64,000 nt of DNA from an uncultured virus (IMG/VR IMGVR_UViG_2049941000_000011) (Duplodnaviria; Heunggongvirae; Uroviricota; Caudoviricetes). Positions 10,754-23,000 of this stretch are shown here, piece by piece. Each line of letters opens with the position of its first letter. Within the stretch, counting starts at the first letter, position 1. The DNA is taken from IMG/VR virus record IMGVR_UViG_2049941000_000011, one strand, 5' to 3'. Under the pieces are notes generated by a model. It saw only the letters and a list, made by a program, of their open reading frames with translations, searched no databases and had not been told where the DNA came from. A program made the position numbers and the translations under genes.

Positions 10754-11248
10754 TTACAATGTTATACTGTGAGTATATTCCCTAATGTGGATATTAAAGT
10801 CTTGTGGGGATAAAACTTTAACAGCATTTAACCACTCTTCGGATTGTTTTACATATACACTCACAATGCTCAAGAATTCTTCAGCAAAAATACGAACTTC
10901 ATCGTTTCCATTCACATCTGCTGTTGAAATTAAATCTCTTGTTTGTTCTAAAATTTCATTAAGAGACTCATTTAATTTAGTAAAAATTGGCTCTAATTCC
11001 GAATATTCTTCTGAATAGCCCTTAATATCTGTACGCTTTGGACGAGCAGATAATTCTAACATTTTGTCTGTGATCATATCTGCCCATTGAGGCATAATGT
11101 GAGCCACATTTAAATGTACAATCTTGCCAATTTCATTAAAGTAATGGAAATCTAGATTATAAGCCAAATTATCAATTACTGCATTTGTGTCGAAACACTT
11201 ACCAGCAAGTAGATTCATCTTATCATATGATTCCTCTGACATTCTCAT
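10754..11248 (-). CDS. ferritin/Dps-like four-helix protein
   Basis: 164 aa helical protein with HxxxAH...AD pattern. Confidence 0.5.
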   Translation of the reverse strand: MRMSEESYDKMNLLAGKCFDTNAVIDNLAYNLDFHYFNEIGKIVHLNVAHIMPQWADMITDKMLELSARPKRTDIKGYSEEYSELEPIFTKLNESLNEILEQTRDLISTADVNGNDEVRIFAEEFLSIVSVYVKQSEEWLNAVKVLSPQDFNIHIREYTHSITL

Positions 11249-11270
11249 GCGTGCACCCTCCTATTTAATA

Positions 11271-13130
11271 CTATTGTTGTTGTCTATTGTCCGCAATGTT
11301 ATCACCGCGGTCTTTAGAAGCTGCTGTAGCTTCCGACGTGACTTCCCCGTCATCTATTGTTGGTCTACCTGGACCGTTACCTGAACCTGTGTTAGTCTTA
11401 CCTTCTGTATTTGCTTTTTGAGTTTGAAGCATTTTAGCTTGTTTCTCTGCAAGTTCAGCTTGCTTTAATTGAGTGTAAGTAACAAAATCTTCATAGAATC
11501 CTAAAGATTTAATATACTTAGCAAAAGCTTCTGTGTCTCTCAAAGACATACCTTCAGCAGACATTAGCTTAGGCAATAAAGCTACATTTCCGCCAGCTAC
11601 AATTTCTTTTAACATTTTTTCATTTGTATCATGATTAAAAATATCATCCCAGATTCTAATCTTCCAATGGAAGCTTAATCCCAACTTATGTTGTAGAATG
11701 AAATTTATCACTTGCTCAAATTGTAATGTTACATAGTGTTGTTGTGAGGCTGCTAATTGTTTAGCAACAACAACTTGTGCTACGTTTGGTTTGTCTGTAG
11801 TAATTGTTAAACCGCCTTCACCAGCAGTGGTGACGAAATTTTCTGTGGCGGTGGACAAAATCTCAGATGAATTAACATCTGTAGATAATTGTTGTAATTT
11901 AATATTTTTAGCAGGCCATAACCATGCTTCAATATTAGTCGATGTAACGGTATTAAATTGATCCATAATACCTCTTAAAACTTCAGGAGTATATACAGAT
12001 TCATTCTTACCTGCTCTAGCATTAGCAATAGTTTCGATTTCACCAGTTAAAACTGCAGTTAATGGTGTACTAGCAATCAAACCAGCTAATTGACCATAAT
12101 CAGTTAATTCTTGAAGTTTTAACATTAAACCCATTGTATCTGGAGCAACCCATGGATGTGAATTATCACTACCAAAAGTATAACAAACATCGTATGGCAT
12201 CTTTAACCAGAACATATAATTAATTTTACGTCCAGTTTTTAAACTTTCATATGCAACGCCATATTTTTTATTTTCGTATTCAAATGAATATCCTGGAATT
12301 TTTGATGCATTAAGTTGATATCCTATTTTAGCTGAAGTATTTTTATCTCTTACTTCGTCAACAACACCCTTGTCAATCATGTCTTTCCAGGCCGTTTCCA
12401 TATATTCGCCATAATCACTAGGAGAATTAGCAATATTCATAAAATACATCATATTAAAAGAAATTGTAAACCCAAGTTGAGATTTACCTGTAATTTTTAT
12501 CCATTCTGTAGGCATTTTTTGTAGAGTACAGAAAACAGGTTCTTTGTCTTTACCTTCGGTTGTAAATTTATTTCTTAGTAAATAACTAGATTTACCCTCT
12601 CTTTTAACTTCTAAAGCAATTGTTTTAAAAGTTGCTGGAATATTAAATAATTCCAACCAGCGGTCTGTTAATTTATCTTCCGCTTTNNNNNNNNNNTATC
12701 ATCATTATATTTATCTAATAAATCTGGTATTTTATAATAATGATATAAAGGTATATCACACGAACGTCTTAAAATATTGTAATAAATTTGTTGAGAACTT
12801 GAATTGGTCCAACCAACACTACGAAGTTCACCTTCATGATTTCCAGGATCTGAAACAAATTCACTAATATTTGCTTTGCTATAAGTTCTAGCTTGAGTAT
12901 ATAAATTTTTAATACGTTGGTNNNNNNNNNNCGGTACCTTCTAAACCTTTTAATTTGTCAAACGTTTGTGTCCAACGCTTCGTAATTTCATCAACAGAGA
13001 TATTTTTACCCTTTTTTGATTTATCACTCATATCTAAACGTTCTTGAGTTTGTTCATCTACGATTGTATCTTCTGGTTTAACAACCTTTTTTGGACGACC
13101 AAGCTTTTTAGGTTCTTTTTTTTCTGCCAT
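11271..13130 (-). CDS. portal protein (YonE-like), interrupted by two N gaps
   Basis: ORF pieces 12909-13133, 12690-12900 and 11271-12656 join across gaps; REGKSSY motif; downstream of terminase. Confidence 0.75.
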
Positions 13131-13134
13131 CAAC

Positions 13135-13665
13135 TTAATCCTCCTTAGCTTTGTTTAAGTCTTCTTTTTCTTTTTGTTTATATAATTGATCAATTTCTGC
13201 ATCTATTATATCTAAAGCTGCTGATACCCCTCTAAATTGTTTTTGACAAGTATCTTCGCATTGTTTGTATAGTATTTTTATAATTTTATCCATTAACCAA
13301 CCGTTTATATAATCGATGTATCATANNNNNNNNNNNNNNNNNNNNNNNNNNNNNNNNNNNNNNNNNNNNNNNNNNNNNNNNNNNNNNNNNNNNNNNNNNN
13401 NNNNNNNNNNNNNNNNNNNNNNNNNNNNNNNNNNNNNNNNNNNNNNNNNNNNNNNNNNNNNNNNNNNNNNNNNNNNNNNNNNTGTATATCCTGCTTTCTT
13501 CACAATGCTAGCAAGTTTTTTTTCGGTGACATTTCCAACAGTGTCTGCGAAAAATAAACTATTATTCTCCCACAAAAACTCTCCGATTTGAGCGAGTGAG
13601 TCGAATAATTTTTGAAAACTAGCATTACTATTTGAGAAATCGGATATGATTTTACAACAAATCAT
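13135..13665 (-). CDS. hypothetical protein (large N gap inside)
   Basis: MICCKIISDF... resumes after gap as ...IDYINGWLMDK...KAKED*. Confidence 0.55.
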
Positions 13666-13758
13666 ACAAATCTTCTCCTTTTTAACCTTTTACATCTGAA
13701 CTTTAAATAGTTCAATAAACTACTGGTTAAAACCCACCAGTACTTTATTCAAATATTT

Positions 13759-13792
13759 AAATAAAAGCCCCGTTTTATTTATTCAACGAGGC
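13759..13792 (-). terminator. intrinsic terminator-like hairpin after terminase
   Basis: gcctcgtt/aacggggc stem plus ttttattt on minus strand. Confidence 0.5.
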
Positions 13793-15715
13793 TTATTTTC
13801 TTGAAAATGGTGAGCTTCCAGTAAAAGGACTTACCTTTTTACCACCAACTCTACCTCTGGAATTAATAGATAACCAAGATCCGCCTTCTTGACTTTCAGC
13901 AACCTTTGGCTTTGGGGCAGTAAAGGAACTATAATCCATTTCTTTACCATCTCCAAATACATCTTTATCTCTTAAATTCCTAATTTCCCAACAGCATAAT
14001 ACTAAAACGTAAGCACGGTCATCGTGCATTTTACCTTTTTTCTCAACAGGAAGTTGATAAGTAATATTACCCGCAGGGGTTTTAGTTCTTACCATAGAAA
14101 CAATTTCTTCTTTCATTAAATCCATTTGGATTAAAGAAGATAACTCTTTCTTGCTTAATTTATGTTCTGTCCCGTCATCCAAAACTAAAGTATCAAATTT
14201 TGGACAAGGAGGAGAGAATCTAATTAATTTTTGTGGAACTAATAATTTGGCAGATTCAAACATAGTATTCCTATATTTACGAGGTTCAACAATTTTTAAA
14301 CACCCTTTAACAGCACGAGGATAACTTTCGGCCCATCTTACAGAGTCTTCATTATCTTCATCTTTTATACCAGGATGTGTTTTACCTTCAGAATCTACCC
14401 AATCTTTACACAACTCTTGAACAATAGCAGGTGCTTGACCACCAACACCAGCATCAATTAGTAAAGTAACATTTTCATAATATGGAACTTTATCACGCCC
14501 ATTATATTCATATATTAATTCTCTAATACGCTGAGTTTGTTCATCTAATCTCATTGGTCGTTTAGAACCATCTCCATATGTAACAATTAAGTTTTCCATA
14601 TGTATAGTTCTTCCTGAAATTTCTTTATCATCATTTGTAAATGCTTCCATAACTAAAACAGGAGCATTATCGTTCTTAGAAGCAGGGTCATACGCAATAA
14701 TATATTTATGCTTTTTACCGCCCCAACTTAATTGTGGTACAGAAATATCTGTACTAGAAAGAATATCAGATCTAGAAACGACACAGTCTTCAAGATCAAA
14801 ATGATCGAAAATATTATAATATTCTCTATTTGCTGCTATTTCATTTTCCCTCATTTTACGATCAACTTCAGCTTGTGATAGTAAAGGAGGAACAGGCTTA
14901 CCACATACAGTAGGGTGCATAGGAACTTCACAAGTAATATCAGCAACAAAGTATTTGTCACTTCCTGCTAACATTTGCTTAGTACCTTCTTTATATTTTG
15001 CATAAAAGTTTGAATTTGTATCAGAAGCTGAACCTACATATAATCTAATATTAGGAATATCTTTTGGATATACTTCTGGATCAAAATCAGAACCAAGCTT
15101 AAATTCAGCTGTTTGAGCCATATAAGGTTCAGTGACATCGAATGTATCTTGAGAAATAAAACCAGCTTCGTCATAAATGTTCACGTTAGAACGTCTACCA
15201 CGAGCACCCCTTGAAGATCCAGCAATAGCATTAATTTTAGAACCGTTATTAAGTTCACACTTATTACCAGCTTTAAAATCGTGTGTAAAGCCATCGCTAT
15301 CACTTTTAGTCTTATACAATTCATCTATAAAAACAGTATTAGTATTGATAATTGTTCTAATATTATTAGTCGCAATATCTTCCATTTTTTTAAATGTATC
15401 GTTCGCAGTAACCCAGTTTTCAGAAATAATCTGAGTTTGTAATTTTGGGAATAACAATGAACGAGCTTGTACGAATAAACCAACTAAAAAAGATTTACCA
15501 GCATTTCTCGTACACGCCCATATAACATATTCCCTTGTCCAAGAGCTACCTACTAACCATTTTTGATAATCCATCAAAGTGACACCAAAAACAAGTTCGA
15601 TAAACTGGACAGGATTTTTTCTTCCCCACTGAATTAGACGAATATACTTTTTCATAGCCAAATAATCGCGTAATGTAATTTGATTATTTGTTTTTTGTTT
15701 ATAGACACTAATCAT
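13793..15715 (-). CDS. terL: terminase large subunit (YonF-like)
   Basis: Walker A TRNAGKS, RGRRSNVNIYDEAG Walker B, nuclease YDPA and HDDRAY motifs. Confidence 0.9.
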   Translation of the reverse strand: MISVYKQKTNNQITLRDYLAMKKYIRLIQWGRKNPVQFIELVFGVTLMDYQKWLVGSSWTREYVIWACTRNAGKSFLVGLFVQARSLLFPKLQTQIISENWVTANDTFKKMEDIATNNIRTIINTNTVFIDELYKTKSDSDGFTHDFKAGNKCELNNGSKINAIAGSSRGARGRRSNVNIYDEAGFISQDTFDVTEPYMAQTAEFKLGSDFDPEVYPKDIPNIRLYVGSASDTNSNFYAKYKEGTKQMLAGSDKYFVADITCEVPMHPTVCGKPVPPLLSQAEVDRKMRENEIAANREYYNIFDHFDLEDCVVSRSDILSSTDISVPQLSWGGKKHKYIIAYDPASKNDNAPVLVMEAFTNDDKEISGRTIHMENLIVTYGDGSKRPMRLDEQTQRIRELIYEYNGRDKVPYYENVTLLIDAGVGGQAPAIVQELCKDWVDSEGKTHPGIKDEDNEDSVRWAESYPRAVKGCLKIVEPRKYRNTMFESAKLLVPQKLIRFSPPCPKFDTLVLDDGTEHKLSKKELSSLIQMDLMKEEIVSMVRTKTPAGNITYQLPVEKKGKMHDDRAYVLVLCCWEIRNLRDKDVFGDGKEMDYSSFTAPKPKVAESQEGGSWLSINSRGRVGGKKVSPFTGSSPFSRK

Positions 15716-15717
15716 AC

Positions 15718-16806
15718 TTACTTACCGTCGTATAATTTGTACTCTCTTTCTAAAAGTTCTTTAATATCTTCTTCAGAGATATTTTTTCTTCTATAATCAT
15801 ATTCTAATTCGTCTAATAATTCTTGCTTTTTAATTTTTTCTTTGGCCAATCTTAATGCTTCCATAGAATCCTTAGCTATACGTTGATACTCTCGGACCAT
15901 TTGACATTGATTAGTTAAAATGTCAGCATAATCAGTTTTTGATAAATTAACTTGATTTAATTGAGCCTTAAAACTGATATTTGCAATTTCTTCAATTGAT
16001 TTAGAAGTAGCTATATCATAGAAATTAGTTATACCTTCGTCTACGCCTTTTTCTTCAATAGTATTCATAACATCAGAAATAGTTCCTTTACCAGAGCTAC
16101 CGACACCCTTGACGGTAAAGTTATTCTTTTCTGCAGTTTTATTAATAGAGTCTTGAATTTTTGCGATAATATTCATATAAGAGTCTAATTTCTTTTGAGA
16201 TTCATCGTCAACTTGACCGCTACTCATTAATTCAGTAATTTTACGTTGATATGATTCAATATTTTGATACGATCTGACAATATTAAGAGCTGCTTTTTGC
16301 TTTGCAATGTCTTTTCTCATGCTTTCGTTAGCCATACCAGCTAAATCTCTATATAATTGAGGTCTATCTTCAATTGAGTCATTCTTAAATGGGTCATAAG
16401 CAAAAATATCTAAAACAGCGATTCTATTAGTTTTAGTATCTTCATCTAATCCTAATAAATCTTTTTGTTCAGAATATACTTGCTCAAAATTATCCATTTG
16501 TAATTGACTAAAGAAATCTTGGTCTTTAAATCTAATATCTTCAGTAATTGTATCTACATAAATTTCTGGAAATCTGGTAAAGATGGCATCATCTCTACCT
16601 TTGACGAGTAAATCATATGTAGCTCCATCAAAAAAGATATTATTTTTAAAACAATATTCAAACAATGCTTGTTTATAATCGCCTTTATAATGTTTTACTA
16701 AAGACTCAAAGTATTGCTTTTTTTCTTGAACAATCGGATTAACGATTTCTTCATGTTCAGGAATTTCTTCGATTTCTTCTTCGATTAATTCTTTTTGTTC
16801 ATCCAT
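15718..16806 (-). CDS. terminase-adjacent protein (YonG-like; possible small subunit)
   Basis: 362 aa immediately upstream of TerL; YDPF and SKGKGT-like motifs. Confidence 0.5.
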   Translation of the reverse strand: MDEQKELIEEEIEEIPEHEEIVNPIVQEKKQYFESLVKHYKGDYKQALFEYCFKNNIFFDGATYDLLVKGRDDAIFTRFPEIYVDTITEDIRFKDQDFFSQLQMDNFEQVYSEQKDLLGLDEDTKTNRIAVLDIFAYDPFKNDSIEDRPQLYRDLAGMANESMRKDIAKQKAALNIVRSYQNIESYQRKITELMSSGQVDDESQKKLDSYMNIIAKIQDSINKTAEKNNFTVKGVGSSGKGTISDVMNTIEEKGVDEGITNFYDIATSKSIEEIANISFKAQLNQVNLSKTDYADILTNQCQMVREYQRIAKDSMEALRLAKEKIKKQELLDELEYDYRRKNISEEDIKELLEREYKLYDGK

Positions 16807-16841
16807 ATTGTTCTCCTTGTGCCTTCCATATATAAGTTTAT

Positions 16842-16866
16842 AAGAAAAGCCCCTCAGTGAAGGGCC
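16842..16866 (-). terminator. intrinsic terminator
   Basis: gcccttc-act-gaggggc followed by ttttctt on minus strand. Confidence 0.65.
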
Positions 16867-16882
16867 TTGATTTATAAATTTA

Positions 16883-18136
16883 TTATGCTTTTTGTAAATT
16901 GATAGTCATATTAATGACATTGTCCGAGTCATCGAATAAGACCAATGTTTGTGTAGCTGGTCCATATGCTCTAATAGAAGATGCATAAGAATCAACACCC
17001 ATAACACTACCATTATTAATAACCATCGTACCTTGATTAGTTTTTAAGCCGGCGCTATGGAAGTGTCCAATAGCGAAGTAATCTAATCTACGGTCTAATA
17101 TACTAGATAGAGCTAATAATGATTGTTGGTCGTTTCTATCTTGATGTCCATGAGCGAATGCAAATAGTTTACCATTTTCTAACTCAAATAATCCAATAGA
17201 CTCATCGAGATTATCATCGGCAAAGATAACTTTACTATCTTTTAATCTTGCTTCAAGATACCAATCAATAATTCTAATGAAATTTTCTTTTTCGATTGCT
17301 TCGTGTAAATTAGGTGTCATTCTGTCATGATTACCAATAGTGCTACGATAAACAACCTCAGGAATGCTGCTGCTTAATTTAACCAATGCGTTAGCAATAA
17401 TTTCTGATGCAGTCATAATTTCATCGACACGGTCTTCATTATTTTCAACTCTTGCTGATAAATGAATTCCTCCGTGAACAATATCACCAAGATTACAAAC
17501 ATTTAATCTTTGGACTTTATTGTCTTTACATGCAGTAATAACTTCATCGATTAATTTGTTAACTCTTCTTACAGCTACATCTACATTGTATTTATTATAG
17601 AAATTATCTACAACTGCTCCAATGTGCAAATCTGATAGAAGTAATACAGCTTCTTTGTGTGCGTCTTCTGGATAAATATAATCAGTAAATTTGAGGTCTG
17701 GAAGAGTCTTAATAGAATCTTTCACTAAATCCTTCATATCTTGGATTCTAGCTTCATCTCTTAAACTTCTTCTTAACGAATTTCTTTGGTCTCTAGTCTT
17801 TGTTTGTTGAATATAGAGATCGTTTTTAATTTGATTGAGTTTTTCTTCTGCTTCTGGGAAGCTTAAGTCATCAATAGTTTGTCCAGACAATAATTGAACG
17901 TTCTTTTTAATCGAACCATCCTTATATTGTCTACCTTTAAGCCAAACTCTGAATCGTTCTCCTGGTTTATCAACATGTAGAACTGATACTAATTCATCCC
18001 AGCTTTTCTCGCAAGTGGGGAGTTCCTTATATGTCTTACCAATTTCAACCAAATCTTCATCGGTAAGATCATCCACACTTTTGTTGTTTTTCTTAAGATA
18101 GTTTTCTAAATATTCATTAAATTCTTGTTTAGTCAT
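16883..18136 (-). CDS. calcineurin-like metallophosphoesterase (YonJ-like)
   Basis: SDLHIG, LGDIVHG, GNHDR, HGH, GHFH motifs. Confidence 0.85.
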   Translation of the reverse strand: MTKQEFNEYLENYLKKNNKSVDDLTDEDLVEIGKTYKELPTCEKSWDELVSVLHVDKPGERFRVWLKGRQYKDGSIKKNVQLLSGQTIDDLSFPEAEEKLNQIKNDLYIQQTKTRDQRNSLRRSLRDEARIQDMKDLVKDSIKTLPDLKFTDYIYPEDAHKEAVLLLSDLHIGAVVDNFYNKYNVDVAVRRVNKLIDEVITACKDNKVQRLNVCNLGDIVHGGIHLSARVENNEDRVDEIMTASEIIANALVKLSSSIPEVVYRSTIGNHDRMTPNLHEAIEKENFIRIIDWYLEARLKDSKVIFADDNLDESIGLFELENGKLFAFAHGHQDRNDQQSLLALSSILDRRLDYFAIGHFHSAGLKTNQGTMVINNGSVMGVDSYASSIRAYGPATQTLVLFDDSDNVINMTINLQKA

Positions 18137-18213
18137 TTAAACTCTCCTTTCGCTTGCATTGAGTGTTCCAATCAAGGAACGATAACTAATAAAACTAGTC
18201 TTTTATTCGTTTT

Positions 18214-19215
18214 TTATTGTCTCTTCTCACTATATATAACTCCGAATTTCCGGAGAACTCCTGCGTAATTATCAGGATTTTTCCATTTTTTCACGTTCTT
18301 TAACCCTTTTTGCCTTTTGATATGCGTTTACTCTATTAGATTCTTTCTTTCGTCTATAGATTTTATAGCACTCAGGACATAAATCAGTTTTACTATTTCC
18401 AGTAACTAAGAATACTTTACCACATTTACTACAAGAAACGTAAGCACGGTCATNNNNNNNNNNNNNNNNNNNNNNNNNNNNNTTTCACTATACGTGCGTT
18501 TAGTATTATGAGCGTTGATATGTCCTTTTAACAAGTGTAACGTATCTGCAACGCAATTAATATCGTTGCAAGTATAAACTACTTCACCAGACTTCTGTAA
18601 AAAATTTAAAGTGTAAGTCTTTTTCTTTTTGCCAAAGTAATCATACTTGTAAGTGATAATATTTTCACCAACTTTATTAAGCCATTTACGAATTTGTTCT
18701 TCATAATCACTGAACACCTTACGTTTCCCTTCAGCGATATAAGAGCATTGTTTAAATGCCCAGTTAGCAACAGGAGTAGTTAGACTGACATCTTTTCCGT
18801 ATTGCTTCTTAAACTTGTAATAAACAGCAAGAGCTAACAGATAACTTTTTGTCCATAAAGGCATATCTAGCCCATTTAAATAGTCAACTTCTTGTCTATA
18901 AACATTAATTGGTTCAAGAGCTTTACTCAACCTTACGTCAGGATAATGACTCTTCAACGCCTTTTTAAACAAGAAATAAAATTGAGAGACGACTTGTTCA
19001 ACGTCTCCTTCAAAAGTCTTCGCAACACCATTTTGAATCTTCTTCCATTCGTTATAACATTTTTTAGGGTCATAATGCAAAATAGAAGTAAGGTATTGTA
19101 AATATATAATTTCTTGCTTATACTTACTTTTGATTTCTGTAGAGTCAGATTCTTTCAATCTTTTACTCTCATGAATTTCTTTACAAGTTTTTAACCAATC
19201 AATAATCATGTGCAA
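18214..19215 (-). CDS. hypothetical protein with C-terminal Zn ribbon (frame restored across N gap)
   Basis: after gap the frame reads ...CSKCGKVFLVTGNSKTDLCPECYKIYRRKK... to TAA at 18214. Confidence 0.6.
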
Positions 19216-19232
19216 TATCTCGTTACGACACT

Positions 19233-19261
19233 ATTATATACGGATGGTATTTAGCTGTCAA
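19233..19261 (-). promoter_or_regulatory. sigmaA-type promoter
   Basis: TTGACA-17nt-TATAAT, perfect consensus on minus strand. Confidence 0.85.
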
Positions 19262-19509
19262 TATTTTTTATCACTAATTTTTGCCATATTACCCTTGTTT
19301 GTTTTCTTTATTTTTAATTTCTTTATTTACTTAGGTGCTACGCAGTAACTGTAGTATAAATAAAAATACAAGAAATATATAAGTATTCTAAAAAGATTTA
19401 TGAAATAAAGATTTTTAGATAAATTTTTATTTTTGTTACTTTTTGNNNNNNNNNNATTTTATAATACATTACACATATACACATATATATAAAAAAATTT
19501 ATTTTTTAT

Positions 19510-19538
19510 TTGACTATTTTTAACATACCAGTTATAAT
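19510..19538 (+). promoter_or_regulatory. sigmaA-type promoter for RNAP operon
   Basis: TTGACT-17nt-TATAAT. Confidence 0.8.
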
Positions 19539-19593
19539 ATAGACAGTGATGAAGGCATATAGAGTGTTATGTGTCTAAAGGAGATTAAAAAAT

Positions 19594-19924
19594 ATGACAG
19601 ATCCTAATAATGTTTCAGATTTCTTAAAATACATTACTAAGATTTCAAAGAAACTAAAACACTCTAAGTTATCTATTACAGTATATAATTGTAGTAACAA
19701 GTTAGAGTATGATCTGCTATTTCATTTTCNNNNNNNNNNAGTATTATTGCAATACAGTTCAGGAACTAGAAGATATGCTTACATTTATCTGTAAGAATCA
19801 CAAAATTTATGAAACAAAACTTTCTAAGTATGATGCATTTGAAAATGTTTATACTGATTCACTTGATTATTATGTGGATAATGAATTAGATGATGCATCA
19901 GCTTACGATACATATAATTTATAA
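19594..19924 (+). CDS. hypothetical protein (split by N gap)
   Basis: RBS aaggag; two ORF halves join across gap. Confidence 0.55.
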
Positions 19925-20033
19925 TTATAAAACTGTTTACACTTCTATTATAATAAACATCGCTATAGGATAATCACTGAATACATATCTATCCAAGTAT
20001 AGCACCACAACAAGACGAAAAGGGAGAAGTTTA

Positions 20034-23000
20034 ATGTCAGTCATTCAAAACTTATATCAAATTTTTAAAATTCCATCCACAGATTTAGTAGCACACAATT
20101 GTTCTATGGAATATAGTAGACTTCAAGGAATTAAAGATGGCAATATAGTTTCTATTGGAGATAACTTAGTATTTCAACAATTAAGATATTTTCACGGAGA
20201 TTACAGAGATCATCATGAACNNNNNNNNNNNNNNNNNNNNNNNTCAACTATGTTTCTAATTTTAGAAAACGTGCTCATGAATATAAAAAAGCTGGGGATT
20301 ATAAAAAAGCTCATGTTTTAGAAAACAGAATTAATGAAGTATTATTTGTCAAAGACATTGTTAATGTTGTTATTAATGGCAAAAAGAGCGATTTTAATAA
20401 ATTTCGCACAAAAGGATTTGATTTTAATGGAGCACACTACGTTTACTTATGTAGTGGTTCAGGTCAAATTAGAAGAAATACAGCAACATTTGTTAATGAA
20501 GAATATCATGATAGATTAGTTAAAATCTTAAATTGTGGATTAGACGAGAAAACATCAGAATTTGTCTTAGCAAAGTATAGTGCATATTTCGCACTTTCCT
20601 TCTCATCTATTCTCTGGGTAAGAACACCAAGAGTTTGCGTAGTTAAAGACTTCTATAGAACTCTCGCTCAAGAACCAGTAGACTTTATCTACCACGATAA
20701 AAACGACAATGACAAAGCTAAAATAGAAGAACGCAAAATGGATCTTGAACTTAATTGTGCCGATGGCCAAGGTATCATCGATCCATACTTTGCAGAACTT
20801 TGGAGTCAAGATATGGACTTATCTTATACACCATGTTCTTTCGTTGCCAGATCTTGCTTCATTAAAGGTAATCTAGTAGCATTTGATTTTAAAGAATATG
20901 CCCACAAAAACGGTATTAACACCATCCGCGACAAATGGGGTAAAGAATATAATGTTGATGATATTGACGTACTTATTTCCGAGTCTCAATTTAAAACTCA
21001 CAAATATTATTCTAGCTGGCAAGAATACTGCGACTATGCTAAACGCGGAAATATCCACTGGGGTGTTGCCCGTTATACCAAACGTAGAGACGCAGAAAAT
21101 GTCTTAGCTAACTATCAATACATTCAATCACTTGATTTATCAACAGAAGATATTCAACAACTTATTACTCCAACCGTAGATTGGATTCAAAAAGTATGTA
21201 GTGGTGATCTTGCATATGCACTTCTCTACTCATTCGGTTCTAAGAGTGATTCTGTTGAATATAAAGAAATCTATGGCAGTGCACAAACAACTGCAACCAA
21301 AGCTCTTGTTAAAAACGCCGCATTCTTACAAGATTCCTACGTCCAACGTAAAATCTACAAGAATATTATAGAATCCATCGATCACGCCAAAATTGGCAAA
21401 ATCTGGATTCGTGGAAATTATCAATTTATGATTGCCGACCCAATGGCCCAAGTTCAAGCCGCTCTCGGTCTCGAACCAACAGGTATTGTCGGGAAAAATC
21501 AAGTCTATAGCAATTTCTGGCGCAAGAGATTTAAACCTTGTCAATCCCCAATCGTAGACGCATGTCGTTCTCCAATGATTGATCTCCATGAACACAATCC
21601 AGTTACTGTCGTCACAGACAATCCAGAAGCAGATTATTGGTTTAGATTCATCTACAGTGGAATCATTTATAACACCTATGACACAAGCTGCTATAGACAT
21701 TCAGATTCCGATTATGATGGTGATATCTGTTTAACAACTGATAATCCATACTTCATTAAAGGTTCTCATAAAGACCACAACATCATTACCTACGAAAAAG
21801 GCCTTGCAGTTCCAGCTAAAATGACCACTTCAAAAATCACTTCAACTGTTATGAAAGGTTTCGGCACAGGTGTTGGTGGTTTCTCCAATACAGCCACTAT
21901 TCTCTACGCAATGGCCGCCATGTTCAATAAACCTGGTCAAGAAGAGCAATATAATGAAATCATGACTCGTATTAAGCTTCTTCGTGAAATTGTTGGTCAA
22001 GAAATCGACCGTATTAAAGGTGCCGACAAACCTTCTCTTCCATCCGAATGGAAAAAGTTCGAATCCATCACCGAAGATGATACCCCAGAAGAACGCCTCG
22101 CTAAAATGCGCCGCAATGCCATGGTGGTAAGTAAGAAGCCATATTTCTTCCGTTATCTCTATCCAGAACTCAATAAAAAATTCAAACAATTTGAAGCATC
22201 ATATAATCAAATTAGTCGTGATATGTTTGGTATCAAATTTAAAAAGCTCTTCCTCAAACCACAAAAAACAGAAGAAGAACAAATGCTCATCCGCAGATAC
22301 CAAAAATATTCCCCTCTCATTACATCCGCTTGCACAATGAACAAGCTCTGTAAAGCCATCGAGAATGTCGAATTTGATATTAAGTTTAATAAATCATCTT
22401 CCGACCACGACCACGGCACTTCCAAGAAGAATCCCGTTGTATCTTGTCTTCCAACATTTGAAGACATCTACTCCGCCTCCTTCTCTCAAGACAAGCTTCT
22501 CATAGTTAAAAAACTTTATCAATCCTATTCAGGACGTAAAAAAGTTGTTCACTTAAAAGCTCTTCTTGCTAACGAAACCCCTCTCGAAGAAGATGATGTC
22601 TTAATTCAAACACGCTCCGCCGTGTACGATTCTGTTATTGATTCAATTCAACAAGAACTTTCTCAAAGCGGCATATCCAATGAAGAGTTCCTCTTCTATT
22701 GTTCCCGTCTTTCCGCCCAATATTCTCAATTTAATTGGGCATTTGCGTGGGATATCTTAGATACAGCAATCATCGACCTCATTCCACAAGGACGCTCTGT
22801 AATTCCAGTTCGCGATTCCTTCGGATCCATCGAATATCTCGGCGAGCATTATAAACTCAAAGACATATCCAACGTTGATGAATTAGCCATCCAAAAACTC
22901 TATGATGCAATCTTCGGCGACCCAAATTGCAGTCTAGATGACTCCTATGTTCAAGAAGCTCTTGCTGCTTCCGAATTAGAAACATCCGCCAACGAAGATA

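Noticed and set aside
18436..18453. 18-nt identity (aaacgtaagcacggtcat) with terminase 14005-14022
   Set aside because: It abuts an N gap, so a gap-fill artefact or chance is more likely than a template/variable repeat; no reverse transcriptase is present in the window.
20221..20243. Apparent split or frameshift of the RNAP, portal, holin-like and Zn-ribbon genes
   Set aside because: Each break coincides with an N gap of estimated length, so these are not programmed frameshifts, introns or pseudogenes.
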